Both the position numbers and the translations under genes were made by a program. Below, piece by piece: positions 48,701 through 55,851 of a stretch of DNA of 64,000 nt (position 1 is the stretch's first letter; each line of letters starts with the position of its first letter). The notes beneath the pieces were generated by a model. It worked only from the letters and a program-made list of their open reading frames with translations, ran no database searches and was not told where the DNA came from. The stretch covers positions 31,395 through 95,394 of IMG/VR virus record IMGVR_UViG_3300032323_000793; one strand, 5' to 3'. The DNA comes from a virus.

Positions 48701-50412
48701 TTTATTAATAAGCATTCATTAACTACAGGATCGCCGTCGCTTTCTTTAATCAGTGTAATTTGTTTTTTATTATTGTGAGTAATAATTTTAACACGATAAA
48801 TTTGATTGTTAACAAGAGTATCTGTATCGGCGGTGATTAATATTCTGGCGCCTTCAAACAAAGATTCCCCGTCAACAATATATCCTATACTTCCTTCAAT
48901 TACACTAAAAACATCAGTTGTAAAATCATCTATAAAATCAACAGAAGATTTAGCAATTTCTCCATGATTATAAATTTTTATGTCTGGAATAAATTCAATG
49001 ATCGGTCTTTTCGCTCTAGATGCTTCGTCAGCGGCAAAGTCGCTGTTATTAACAGTATGAGCATAATCTAAAACTGATCTGTGGAACCATCTGTTGTAGC
49101 GGCTCCAACTGTTTCTGTCCACACTTGCTCGATTAATTGTTAGATAATCTTTGTTGGCAGGATAAAGACTGGCATCGTCAAAAGGCTCAGTGTCAAACCC
49201 ACCATCGTCAAATAGCACTTCAGGAACATTTAATTTGTCGATTGGGGATATAACTAAATCATCTATTGACACTAATCTAATAGATGTTCCTACTCCTTCA
49301 ACCACATACTTTCCGCTGTTTCCAGAAGCAGTGTAAGTTTCTGGAATTACTTGTCCTTGAAATCGTATTACCATACCGTTTGACAATGTAATACCATTGC
49401 TACTAGTATAGGTTTCTTTTCCTATAATTTCTTTTTCAACATCTATTCTTGTATTTGATTCAACATTTGCAATTAAAAATTTGCCAAAGAAATTAGGATC
49501 TATGGCGCTTTGATAATATAAAAGGTCAGGTGCATCTAACGGAACTTCGAAAGTAATGGTTCCGGTTTCTTTGCCAGCACCAGTTACACCATTGTTATAA
49601 TCAAAAGAAAATGTGTCATAATAAACATCAACTAGTTCCCAGTCCTGGCTGTCTTCATCTATACTACTGCCATCATTGACTGATATATTGACTTTGGCTT
49701 TCCAAATTTTTCCATCAAACACTGCAATTTGTCCAGCACTATATGGCAATGCAGGATTATAAAACAAAACACCAACGTCTAAATTAGTTCTAATAAAGAA
49801 AGGATGTCCTGGTATATTGACATTAAATTTATAAGTTTGTCCTCGGTACAGAGTTAGGGTAGGATTATTAGTCTGTCCGTCCGGAGTAAACACATAAGAA
49901 TTAGCACCCAAGGATATTCTATATGTGCTGATAATAGATTGTGATTGTCCTGTTATTGCAATATCGGGAGGAAATTCAGGAACCCAATAGTATTCTCTGT
50001 AATTTATAAACTTATCCCAATCTACTGGCGGATTCCATGTATAATGTTCTTGATCAGTTATCTTGTTGTCATTTTCGTTGTCATTATTAAAAAATTTTAA
50101 TTGATTTTTAAAATCTAGATAATCGTAAAAATTTTTAATTTTTGAATTTTCGCCAACAACAATTCCAGGCTCTAATTGATATCTACTTCTTAGCGTTGAA
50201 TCAGTATCAAGGTATACGTCTGTGCTATTAAATGTTTTGCCATAGCGCCTACCAATGTATCCTACAGTTTTATCTAATGTACCTGGCTGTATCAGTGGGT
50301 CAACCACTGCTGCCATAAATTTAGAATTAGACTCGGATTGAAAAATTGTAGGTAATAAATCTACTGTTCTGCGGATTGGTAACCCACTATCTGGATAATT
50401 TGTATAGGCCAT
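36703..50412 (-). CDS. giant (4569 aa) multidomain virion/baseplate protein (gp7-position wedge-like)
   Basis: Uninterrupted 13.7-kb ORF directly after the gp6-like gene. Contains FG-GAP-like propeller repeats, about six CBM5/12-like modules and GSGY repeats. Confidence 0.8.
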   Translation of the reverse strand: MAYTNYPDSGLPIRRTVDLLPTIFQSESNSKFMAAVVDPLIQPGTLDKTVGYIGRRYGKTFNSTDVYLDTDSTLRSRYQLEPGIVVGENSKIKNFYDYLDFKNQLKFFNNDNENDNKITDQEHYTWNPPVDWDKFINYREYYWVPEFPPDIAITGQSQSIISTYRISLGANSYVFTPDGQTNNPTLTLYRGQTYKFNVNIPGHPFFIRTNLDVGVLFYNPALPYSAGQIAVFDGKIWKAKVNISVNDGSSIDEDSQDWELVDVYYDTFSFDYNNGVTGAGKETGTITFEVPLDAPDLLYYQSAIDPNFFGKFLIANVESNTRIDVEKEIIGKETYTSSNGITLSNGMVIRFQGQVIPETYTASGNSGKYVVEGVGTSIRLVSIDDLVISPIDKLNVPEVLFDDGGFDTEPFDDASLYPANKDYLTINRASVDRNSWSRYNRWFHRSVLDYAHTVNNSDFAADEASRAKRPIIEFIPDIKIYNHGEIAKSSVDFIDDFTTDVFSVIEGSIGYIVDGESLFEGARILITADTDTLVNNQIYRVKIITHNNKKQITLIKESDGDPVVNECLLIKRGKNNRGLMYHYNGDSWIKSQTKTKVNQSPLFDLFDKNEISFGDQEVYPVSTFIGTPIVSYKVGNGPVDSELGFAISYLNIDNVGDIQFNFNLDSDSFDYKIDREILTKKLATGFYRYQRDQYANSWTSLDPDFAQPVLDTTVIVNETDTVISTAIDWNSVEDNQIKKLVILVNGIKSTVSYVRTRNKFVFSKKFSAGDTVTFKIYSDIPPDTGYYEIPLGLEKNPLNANITSFTLGQASDHLGTALELKDEIVGTFPGSSNLRDISQYQQFAKRFLKHSGPASLAMVLLCDKDINIIKSLQFAKRSYTDFKNSFIKLANELYLNQKTNDFVDTILNEISNNLTSANPFSGSDMVGSGACTVLRYTVEDEGIKTFALSEKFDLETVSERAVYVYQNSQQLIHGIDYTFNSTFGFVLLNINLAEGDEIEIREYVSTAVNFIPPTPTKLGLYKKYLPMKFLDDTYAQPKEVIQGHDGSITTAYGDFRDDILLELELRIYNNIKQQYDENVFDIDKELGGYYGNAEFTKQDLDRITNVEFLKWISDTNIDYINNNYIDTENPFTYTYSNMTDPSRSKNLPGYWRGVYEWFYDTTRPHTCPWEMLGFSEKPDWWESEYGPAPYTSNNLILWEDLRDGIVRQGLRKGIYDRYKRPSLLTHIPVDADGKLLDPLNSSLANDYSLINNQGPFVLGDRGPVEFAWRSSSEWPYAVVISLCLLKPFKFITDNFNKSNVVRNKINQITNIDSDLFVTINDLVFYEKNKTASGLHLYVVDYLKNKTLNTDILQDKIKNIDVRLASRNSGFVDAAQQKYVLDSKNPKASSSSIFVPVENYDIIFNVSSPFGTVAYSGILIEKTNRGWKLSGYDREKPIFYYYQPVQSQNDSLISVGGVSEDFVDWIPNQFYGNGIIARYQGFFYRSLKSHNSSDSFEKFNWQQLPALPLKNAVTAFNRRTFNTIKIKELPYDTVFSDIQTVVDFILGYQEYLKSIGFVFDSYNTELKEPEDWNTSVKEFMFWSRHNWSIGSLIALSPAAKRVNLVTTLGVADNLLDSFYDYQVLKNDGTPLNPSNINVTRSFRTVNISTADTNDGIYFVKFNMVLKENITVFSDRTVFNDVIYDKPTGYRQERIKSRGFRTVDWDGDYTSPGFIFDAVDISVWQPFTDYKLGDIVAYKSYYWTSKVNQLGSVEFDDKRWTKLDSTPTKGLVSNFDYRITQFEDYYEADTSGIGSSQRDLARHAIGYQQREYLQNLAEDEVTQFKLYQGFIREKGTANAIVKVFDKLSRTSDDSVVLKEEWAFKLGDVGGIDQTTEYEFQIDKDRFVVNPQPILLDSGVEKTSVEDQYYRIYSSSFTLRPIPFTTQINPLIYYDGPSRNAGYVKLDHIDISIKSRDEILNLNIDEVKDNSNIWITFDKNSWTVLRYNEDPFLSVVGVIKDGQNIRCLTNRPHRLLADDIVGIQIQNLTGFFKLLEVTNDTFVVTPTSTDPVEIIDSSSAALGLFRTVRYPTYESMNKGEIALLKQGSKLWVDDSGTGTWEVVEKSKQYVDFTLLQYGITDPRGLGKAVVYIDSTKQIAASLPESNFVMIYTDKVSAGFTNIGLKQIIPVPDGFESAINGVFGEVLAVSPDYKWLAVASPRASGVKSTYREELLPIRSYLAGEIVLWQGRLWKAKVNIRVGDGSSINFNSDDWEPATLVEANSIGRNDGYLEQGMVTLYTYNNQQWEPSISLVSPRQEDFEQFGSSVSIGVSGNKYYMSISAPGSLDSKGRVYLYYYNGTSWSYFENTRYMGLYDSTPGTIYPAGSIVWYENNFYEALYDNLGDGSTISVESNDWKRLDSVSTQFSLPTNISVDDDGSTLIEGLLTPSQQAELVKQGDRFGHSTTMSRDGSILVVSTPSSDGQYFANYRGVWKPYNEYKPNDVVKYQGGYHKFSVIDSDNDETLNNPPDAGNPWVNVGDSTYQTSGKVYIYKRDENNRYNLVQTITEQNINQLNDSTADVNIMSGDEFGFALDIDSSGRTLVISSPKADVFSQTQGAVYVFKTNDLNDIEFRLVQKLTSFEYLTNEYFGSAISISPNTERIVVGAKNSPFDLITRFNQGITFDKNKTVFKDSQGFPGQAYVFERKSEGYFLVEKLDTDFIPNESFGESIDCVGNVIVVGSPRFKVDDITKGNIRLFKKPVNINSLKTLAEESKLVDINKIKNVELYNNINDIKLADIDIIDGYKMKILGVADQEITWKTPYDPAIYILATTDQVIDESQAWYEKNVGRVWWDLSTIKFINYEQGDLAYRIGNWNVQAAGSVVDVYEWVESLLLPSEWSLLADTVEGLAEGISGQPKHPDDSVYNTKILFNSNTGEQVGTKYYFWVKNKNTLPESANRKISISAVTNYISSPIGTGLPFIALIDSDKLLAYNLPTIISSDTALLNIEYLTSQGRINQSHKEYQLLTEGIADSLPAEILERKWLDSLVGYDLAGNAVPDISIPQRQRYGLKFRPRQSMFVDKAVALEGAINYINNILITRPFTDLINFGRLGSVDGLPNEALNEYDTAIDTLVDLSQVGTTRIRKAEFSVNIINGEVDTIDIINPGFGYRTIPYIEIEGTGTGAKAEVTIDNQGKINSITVTARGKKYTSALVKIRAFSVLIKSDSSYNNFWSIYSWDDVRKTFFRSKSQGYDVTRYWEYVDWWAEGFDNQVKVIKEITNIYEEPTVLVEVDQLIRIKEYSGGGWAVIQKTEDGAGNLLSNYNLVGRKNGTLQIKPLLYNSISNRLGYDGTGAYDSNLYDIQPIKELRIILDAVKNDIFVDDLRVEWNKLFFNSVKYSLAEQTSADWLFKTSFLNAIHNVGDLDQRPTYKNDNLDSYKQYIEEIKPYKTTIREYTSRYTEKQNSGLATTDFDLPAAYSTVDGRILPVNEDYNRFNEYPWKSWDDNKGYSIVAVEVANGGSGYVSAPTVLIEGDGQGATGIAYVSNGQVRAVRIINEGSGYTKTPTVSLVGGNGSSPDNAKAVPILGKSLVRTFDVNLKFDRISKTGTFSSYTKVQEFTATGSSAIFELAFAPNTEKRFITVTLNSQIVLSSQYVIDLYKSSTDEFDLLRGKIRFLTPPKAGDQIIVEYEFNSSLLDSVDRINRYYAPTSGMLGKETNQLMTGIDFGGVRIQGTTFDVTGGWDALPWFVDNWDSVESSSDFYYAADGSTTFVVLPFTPAPDQAISVYLKRETETKSTRIDDPAWTPSWDSSVSINPNAQMPTFIGDGSTKVIEIGSYVSTQPGDTLIFRTLESDGSVTIVDANLLDTRITGGSLSNIGGAYVNAVGITAEEISIDGDKFISPDQVPAPEENVPGQVLDSLSFKVFTTEDPGTASLQNKVIIADGTTKKFNIGLNIFESTGVMVYVNKVKQDYAEDSSINYTIDFVNNQIEFAVAPIAGAVIEIISVGIGGISLIDYQEFIADGTTDLFLTKAVYDQTTRVLVTVDGQAIDTGFVNSGDFIDTKDRTMIQFGIPPEFRQVVKIICFGSSTQTDSTGVPFIRVNQQTVFYDGVNRNFDLDRFVDLGRNSAQSSIIVEVDGEYLRNVDSNYLIYDGTNNSLILGTDPEESLGSITSGFIKVYINGQLKRFVVDYIFDGNTNTLTINEDSLEIGDVILIANDLAVQYRLENNNIVIDPSVPLTVNDPITITWFSEYPTLDLISDEFSGGKVNFQLPRNPIDVNYIWVYKNGERLTKDRDYYLSLPRGVVYLVDPTIRTDLIKIIQFGTKTYEPPRAFEIYKDMLNNNIYKRYQKKNSIKLTKVLNYYDTTIEVSDASQLSEPILSRNIPGVVTINNERIEYFAKNGTVLSQLRRGSLGTAIKESHDIGSYVIDSGSGETISYTDTESTNDFLSDGTPDDSTVGAAQTIGPLDFIPAKSQRNSWYRETIPGTHGPCDTIEVFVGGKRLRKNPIDLYNSELSASSPAGDEQIEAEFSVDGSTAFVRLTETVPAGTKITVVRKTGRIWYDKGETTASTGISLLYNNTPIAKFIDAGSTELPE

Positions 50413-50415
50413 TAA

Positions 50416-53400
50416 TTAACTCGTACTAGTTACAATTGAATCATTACTGATTCTTAATTCTGCTGCTGTAATTGACGTTACTATTTCTATGTCATCTACA
50501 GTAGCACCGCTAATAAAAATTTCATCTGTGCGACTTTGTATTTCAAATAAACTACCAAACGACTGTGATGCTTGTCTTGGTACTAAAACTAAATTTGAAA
50601 TATCAGGGGCACAGGTATTGATAACATAAGTGATCATTTCACTGACATAAAATTTATCGCCAAAGTCCCAATTATTAACATCAAAAAATTCATTAATAGC
50701 CGCGATAATACGAACTTTTAGATCGTTATCATTTATTAACTTGTTTGGATTTTTAACTACTTTAAATCTACTTTGAAGTTTTTCATCAGCAGTTGCTCCG
50801 AATAAAACTTTATAAACTACTGGATGATAAATGATTTCATCACTTATCGATTTAATCAAATCTAAATTTTGACCAAATGTAATTCTTAAACTATCGCTGC
50901 TAGGCGCCGTTGGTTTTTCAGCAGCACCAGAAAGAAAATTTCTAAATGCTGTATCGTAACTTCTTGTTAGAAGATAAACATCAATAATATTAGAAGCACT
51001 AGGATCTATTCTTCTGTCAACTCCTGCATTGTGAATGTATTGAAATTTCAGATTGTCTCTGCCTATGTTAGCACTATAGGACGGTTCTAATATAAAAGTA
51101 TTTGTTGTTCTATCAACTCTCTTTACTACGTTTTCGTCAATGTCATAAAAATAAACTAATTGACTATCGGTAAAATCGTTAATATTAACTAGACTTTCTT
51201 TTTGTCTAATTAATACAGTATCATTAGAATTATCTACGAATTCTTTAATTGTATATCCGTAAGCATCTGTAGTTGTTTGAAAAAACAAAAATCTATTAGA
51301 AGAATCAGGTCCAACAACTTGTCTAAAAGTATCTGGATCATCAATGACACCATCATCGTCACTGTCATAAAATGTGACTTTTATTTCTTCTGAACTTTCA
51401 TAGCCATCGTCAAATCTAACACTATCAGTAATTTCAAAAGTATAATCTGCCACTAAAGGATTAATCAAATCCTGTCCAGCATTGATTCCTAAAACTACAA
51501 CTTTATCTTTGACAACTTTACCAGTTTCGCTGTCGAATACTCTTTGATTGCTGTCAAAATAAAATCTATTTTGTTTTATACTTCTAAAAATATAATCCAT
51601 GCCCCTAATTCTTACCACATATTGATCAGGTTCTTTAATAAATGCTATGATCCAAGAAGCATCTAGATTTGAATTAGTTACGTCTCCTGCTTTTCCTAAA
51701 CTAAAATTGTCAACAAGATTCAAATTAGAAGCGGTAATAATCTTCCAATCAGTGTCAGTGGTATTATATCTAAGTCCAAAATTTAAATTTCCAAACATTA
51801 AATCTACCATCTGTGATTCTAATGCTGTGCTTAAATTATTAATAAATTTAGGTATGATTATAGATGCAATAGCCAAATTAGGCACTATGTCATTAAACTG
51901 CACTGGTCCTAGATTAGTAGTAAGAACTCCAGCATTGTTGGCTGTGCCGTCGCCAGTTATCTTAACAACCTTGGTCCATATGTAAGATGTTTGTTCAGGA
52001 TCTGTAGAATCAGTATTAACTAACTTGCCCTTTTTAAAACTTTTGCCTGTTGGAGGAATAAATTTAATCAATGCTCCGGGTGTTAGATAGCGTAAAAGAC
52101 CTGTAGTATAAGTGGCTACTGGCAAAATTGATGTTGTATCAACAAGGTTAGTAAAGTAGCCAGAAGAGTTGTTAATATCACTAGTAACTTGATTCCAGAT
52201 AGTATTATTGTCTGTGAATAAAATTCTTTCAAATTTTGTTAGATAAAAATTGTAAACATCTGTATCAGTAAAAATAGGCTCAATTTTATTTCTTATAAAA
52301 TTAATAATGTCTACACGATTAGCATACTTAAAAGACAATGATCTTTCAATTTCTTCTTTATAGATGATTCCGTCGTCAGCAAAAACGTTAACGTTGCTGT
52401 ATTTGCCAGATGCATCTATAATATCAAAGTTTCTGCTGATTCCGCTAGATGTTCTATTAATAGATTTTACTTTTAGAATATTCTGACTAGTAGTCAACGG
52501 AGCAAGATTATAATCTTCTCCTGTTATCATTCTGTTTTGTGTATAATATGATGCCGGTGCATTAATTCTTATAGAGTCAACGCTTTCAGATGCGGTTGAA
52601 GAGTCTACTGTATATTTGAGACTACAGGTAACTGTTAGAGTTTGATTTACTCCTTGTTTGTTTACATAAGGAATAGATAAACTAATACCTTGCATTTCTC
52701 TTGGGGCTATCTGATATGATAAACCGTTACTCTTTCTATAGTAAACCCTAAAAGTACCTTGTGGTAAATTACCATAAACTCCATCAGCAAATGCCAGATC
52801 AACTCTATCATTCTCTTTGGTCAACACAGAGTAGATGTTTCTAATATTTGATGCAATACTGTTGTAAGCAATATTATTACCGATTAAAGACTGTACTTTA
52901 GTCCATTCTTCTATTTGTGCACCTGCACTGTTTAATCTAAACAACCAAACATCATTCTCATTAATGTTATTAGAATCTACGGCTACAATTTCATTTGACT
53001 TAGGTACATCAATAGTAAAATCTGCTAATTCTAAACTGCCTTGTTTGAACAAAAAGAAAAATCCTGTGTTAGAACTTGTGCCGCCACGGCCGTCATTTTT
53101 GTAAACAAATCCCAGTTGATTAGCCGGTGTTGGTGCTTCTTCATAAATTGTTTCGCTGCCTCTAAATGCAGTGCTTACAATTTCAAAAGGCATTTGTCGA
53201 CCGGCAACAATTTTGCTAAAGGTGAACACAGGAACATCCGTAGACGCTGTTCTAAATCTATATTGTTCCGTTAGTATGCCGTCGATAATTGACGATCCTT
53301 GACTGCGGCCAAACTCCGTGTTGTCGCTCATAGCAGCATTTAAAACTGTGATAAATTGTTCTGCCCAGTTTTGGTTTGTTGGATCATTCCATATAATTGT

Positions 53401-53820
53401 CTGCTGTGCTAAATTTTTTCCATTAGAATCTAATATGTTTTCTGTGGTGCTTACTGTGTCAAATTTTAACAGCCCGGTAGCAGGAATATTTCTTTTAGCA
53501 TTATAACTCAACATTCTAGCCAAACGTAAAACACTTTCTTTACGCTCTGCTAATTCAATAAAATTTTCTCTAGATGCTAGATCAATACGGAAAGCAAGAC
53601 TTTGTCCAAGAAAAGCCATAGCATCAATCAATGCTAGATATTCAGAACTCTCAATGTAGTCGTTGAAATCTTCCGGATAGTTTTCGCGGAAATATGCAAT
53701 TATCACTCTACGAAGATTTTCAAAGTCGTAAGATTTGAAATCAGCATTTTTAAATGTCTGATAAATCCTAGTCCAATCTTCGTTAAGTATAAGGCTATTT
53801 TGTCTTGAAGTTGTGGTCAT
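50416..53820 (-). CDS. baseplate wedge protein (T4 gp6-like)
   Basis: DFENLR...FNDYIESS..LID..A...ENF..LAER.ESV.RLA..L.Y and ESVDSIRINAP..Y.TQNRMITGEDY. Confidence 0.82.
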   Translation of the reverse strand: MTTTSRQNSLILNEDWTRIYQTFKNADFKSYDFENLRRVIIAYFRENYPEDFNDYIESSEYLALIDAMAFLGQSLAFRIDLASRENFIELAERKESVLRLARMLSYNAKRNIPATGLLKFDTVSTTENILDSNGKNLAQQTIIWNDPTNQNWAEQFITVLNAAMSDNTEFGRSQGSSIIDGILTEQYRFRTASTDVPVFTFSKIVAGRQMPFEIVSTAFRGSETIYEEAPTPANQLGFVYKNDGRGGTSSNTGFFFLFKQGSLELADFTIDVPKSNEIVAVDSNNINENDVWLFRLNSAGAQIEEWTKVQSLIGNNIAYNSIASNIRNIYSVLTKENDRVDLAFADGVYGNLPQGTFRVYYRKSNGLSYQIAPREMQGISLSIPYVNKQGVNQTLTVTCSLKYTVDSSTASESVDSIRINAPASYYTQNRMITGEDYNLAPLTTSQNILKVKSINRTSSGISRNFDIIDASGKYSNVNVFADDGIIYKEEIERSLSFKYANRVDIINFIRNKIEPIFTDTDVYNFYLTKFERILFTDNNTIWNQVTSDINNSSGYFTNLVDTTSILPVATYTTGLLRYLTPGALIKFIPPTGKSFKKGKLVNTDSTDPEQTSYIWTKVVKITGDGTANNAGVLTTNLGPVQFNDIVPNLAIASIIIPKFINNLSTALESQMVDLMFGNLNFGLRYNTTDTDWKIITASNLNLVDNFSLGKAGDVTNSNLDASWIIAFIKEPDQYVVRIRGMDYIFRSIKQNRFYFDSNQRVFDSETGKVVKDKVVVLGINAGQDLINPLVADYTFEITDSVRFDDGYESSEEIKVTFYDSDDDGVIDDPDTFRQVVGPDSSNRFLFFQTTTDAYGYTIKEFVDNSNDTVLIRQKESLVNINDFTDSQLVYFYDIDENVVKRVDRTTNTFILEPSYSANIGRDNLKFQYIHNAGVDRRIDPSASNIIDVYLLTRSYDTAFRNFLSGAAEKPTAPSSDSLRITFGQNLDLIKSISDEIIYHPVVYKVLFGATADEKLQSRFKVVKNPNKLINDNDLKVRIIAAINEFFDVNNWDFGDKFYVSEMITYVINTCAPDISNLVLVPRQASQSFGSLFEIQSRTDEIFISGATVDDIEIVTSITAAELRISNDSIVTSTS

Positions 53821-53837
53821 TTTTTATCTCTATCACG

Positions 53838-53845
53838 TATTTATT
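53838..53845 (-). promoter_or_regulatory. late promoter (AATAAATA)
   Basis: Intergenic, 17 nt upstream of the ATG at 53820. Confidence 0.55.
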
Positions 53846-53861
53846 TTGCAAAATTTAGTGG

Positions 53862-54299
53862 TCAGTTTATAATATTATTTTCTTTATCAAAATTAAAAAC
53901 CATTCTTTCATTAATATTAAAAGGCAAATATGCTATATCTGCTTCTATTCTAATGCCCATATCTGTGGCATCAATACTAACACTGTTAATGGCTATTCTA
54001 GGGTCATAATTGATAATTTGCTCTACGTCTTCAGTGATCAATCGTTTAACTTCTTCTGTAAACGGTTCAAATATTAAATCCCAGATCACTGTTCCGAAAT
54101 CCGGGTTCATTAGTTTTTCACCTTTTCTAATGTAAAAATGATTGATAATATCCTGCTTTACTAGATCTATATCGTAAACTTTAAATTTATTTTTAGTCTC
54201 TTGAGAATTAAAACCTTTATAGGTAAAGGCAGCGCCGCTGTCGGTAGCGATAGTAACTCTCTTAGATGCAACTACTGTTTGATTATATAATTTGGCCAT
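53862..54299 (-). CDS. baseplate wedge subunit (gp25/GPW family)
   Basis: DLVKQDIINHF..RKGEKLMNPDFGT.IWDLIFEP...I.YDPRI. Confidence 0.88.
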   Translation of the reverse strand: MAKLYNQTVVASKRVTIATDSGAAFTYKGFNSQETKNKFKVYDIDLVKQDIINHFYIRKGEKLMNPDFGTVIWDLIFEPFTEEVKRLITEDVEQIINYDPRIAINSVSIDATDMGIRIEADIAYLPFNINERMVFNFDKENNIIN

Positions 54300-54300
54300 T

Positions 54301-55851
54301 TTATGCCTCCCTGTCTGTGTTATCAGGAGTTAATTGTGCAGGTGCTTGATTTTCATGTAACGCCCACGGTTCGTGCATTGGGATTCTTTTCATTATACTT
54401 TTTAACGGAGTGCTTACAGAATATCTATTTTTACCTTCCCAGGGCTCGGCAGAATCAGTTACAATATTATCATGCACAACTAAAACTGCTGCTGATGCTG
54501 CTGCTGTGGCTGCTGAGCCATTCATGTTAATTGTTGCTGCGGTTTCAATGTGGTCTCCGCCGCTTAAAATGTTTGTGTTGGCGCCAGCAGTAAAGTTGTT
54601 ATTAAAACCTGTAGATACTTCTAAATTTGTAGTTGTGGTTATAAACCCGTTGCCACCAACTAGCAGTTTCATATCGTATTGACTTTCTATATGCACCTTG
54701 CCGCTATCAAATCCGTTAGAGTCTGCACTATCACCATTACTGTAATCTGCCGATGCTTTAATATTAACATTTCGACCGGCTTCTAAATTAATGTCTCTAT
54801 CGGCTCGCAAATTTAAATCGTTTTTAGTATGAATACTAACGCTGTCTTCAGCATAGATATCTATCTTACCATTGCTAGTTAACTCTATCCATGTTGAACC
54901 TTTAGAGTTACCTATATAAATCAAATCTTCAGAATTATGCATTAAGATTTGATGTCCGGTTCTAGTTCTTATACGAAAATATTCGTTATAAGGAATATTA
55001 GGATTTCCTTTTTCTCCGTTGGAAGTGTCGGCATATTCAACCGGCCCTTCTCCTGCTGGTGCTAGACGCTGATATTGATCATCGCCGTCATCCATAACAA
55101 ACGTAGTTCCTCCTAATCTAGATACTGGAACTGGAACTGAACTTAAACTTTTTTTCTTACCTAGAAATTGTTTTTTAGTTCCTTCTCCTCGATTGAATGG
55201 TCCAGGAGTGCTTATGCCAAATACACTGTTAGGAACATTGCGTCTACCAGTTGATGTTGTTACACCTCGAACATCGTCTTCTAAAAGGCCTTGTTTTAAA
55301 AACACATCTGCAATAGGATGTATTGGTTTTTTAATTTTATCAATGTTTAAACTTTTTTCTAGAGCATTAGTTTTTCTATTAACTTCTGCTACAGGCAAAG
55401 GTTGTGTAGTATCGTATTTCTTTTTCTGCTCAGGAGAGGCTTCAAATTCTGTACTACCTCCTATGGCCGGAATCATTTGATTAGCAAATCTACCCGGAAC
55501 GCAACCAATAAAATAACCGTCTGCAAGATTTCCGTTTACAAACACTACTAACACAGTTGTTCCTATTTCAACTGTAGGAAACCACATACCATAACTCTGC
55601 TGTGTATCATTCCAATCTGTTTTATTCAGTCCCATATTTTCGTAGGCAGTTATGCCATAAAAAGGACTGGCATACTTTACTGGGAAACTTTGAGAATCTT
55701 CACCTATGGTAGCGCCTTGATTATCTAACAAAGTAACTTCTAGTCCGCACATAAAACTAGGATCAAGGTAACCAACTACCTTGGCCAACATTATTCCTGT
55801 ACCGACTTTGCCGTCAGATAGTTGCGATTGTGTTCGTTTTTCAATAGCCAT
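54301..55851 (-). CDS. baseplate central spike (gp5/VgrG-like), no lysozyme domain evident
   Basis: N-terminal OB-fold-like SYGMWF...GTTVLVVF.NG; RIRTRTGHQILM and beta-helix repeats; INMNG near the C-terminus. Confidence 0.75.
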   Translation of the reverse strand: MAIEKRTQSQLSDGKVGTGIMLAKVVGYLDPSFMCGLEVTLLDNQGATIGEDSQSFPVKYASPFYGITAYENMGLNKTDWNDTQQSYGMWFPTVEIGTTVLVVFVNGNLADGYFIGCVPGRFANQMIPAIGGSTEFEASPEQKKKYDTTQPLPVAEVNRKTNALEKSLNIDKIKKPIHPIADVFLKQGLLEDDVRGVTTSTGRRNVPNSVFGISTPGPFNRGEGTKKQFLGKKKSLSSVPVPVSRLGGTTFVMDDGDDQYQRLAPAGEGPVEYADTSNGEKGNPNIPYNEYFRIRTRTGHQILMHNSEDLIYIGNSKGSTWIELTSNGKIDIYAEDSVSIHTKNDLNLRADRDINLEAGRNVNIKASADYSNGDSADSNGFDSGKVHIESQYDMKLLVGGNGFITTTTNLEVSTGFNNNFTAGANTNILSGGDHIETAATINMNGSAATAAASAAVLVVHDNIVTDSAEPWEGKNRYSVSTPLKSIMKRIPMHEPWALHENQAPAQLTPDNTDREA

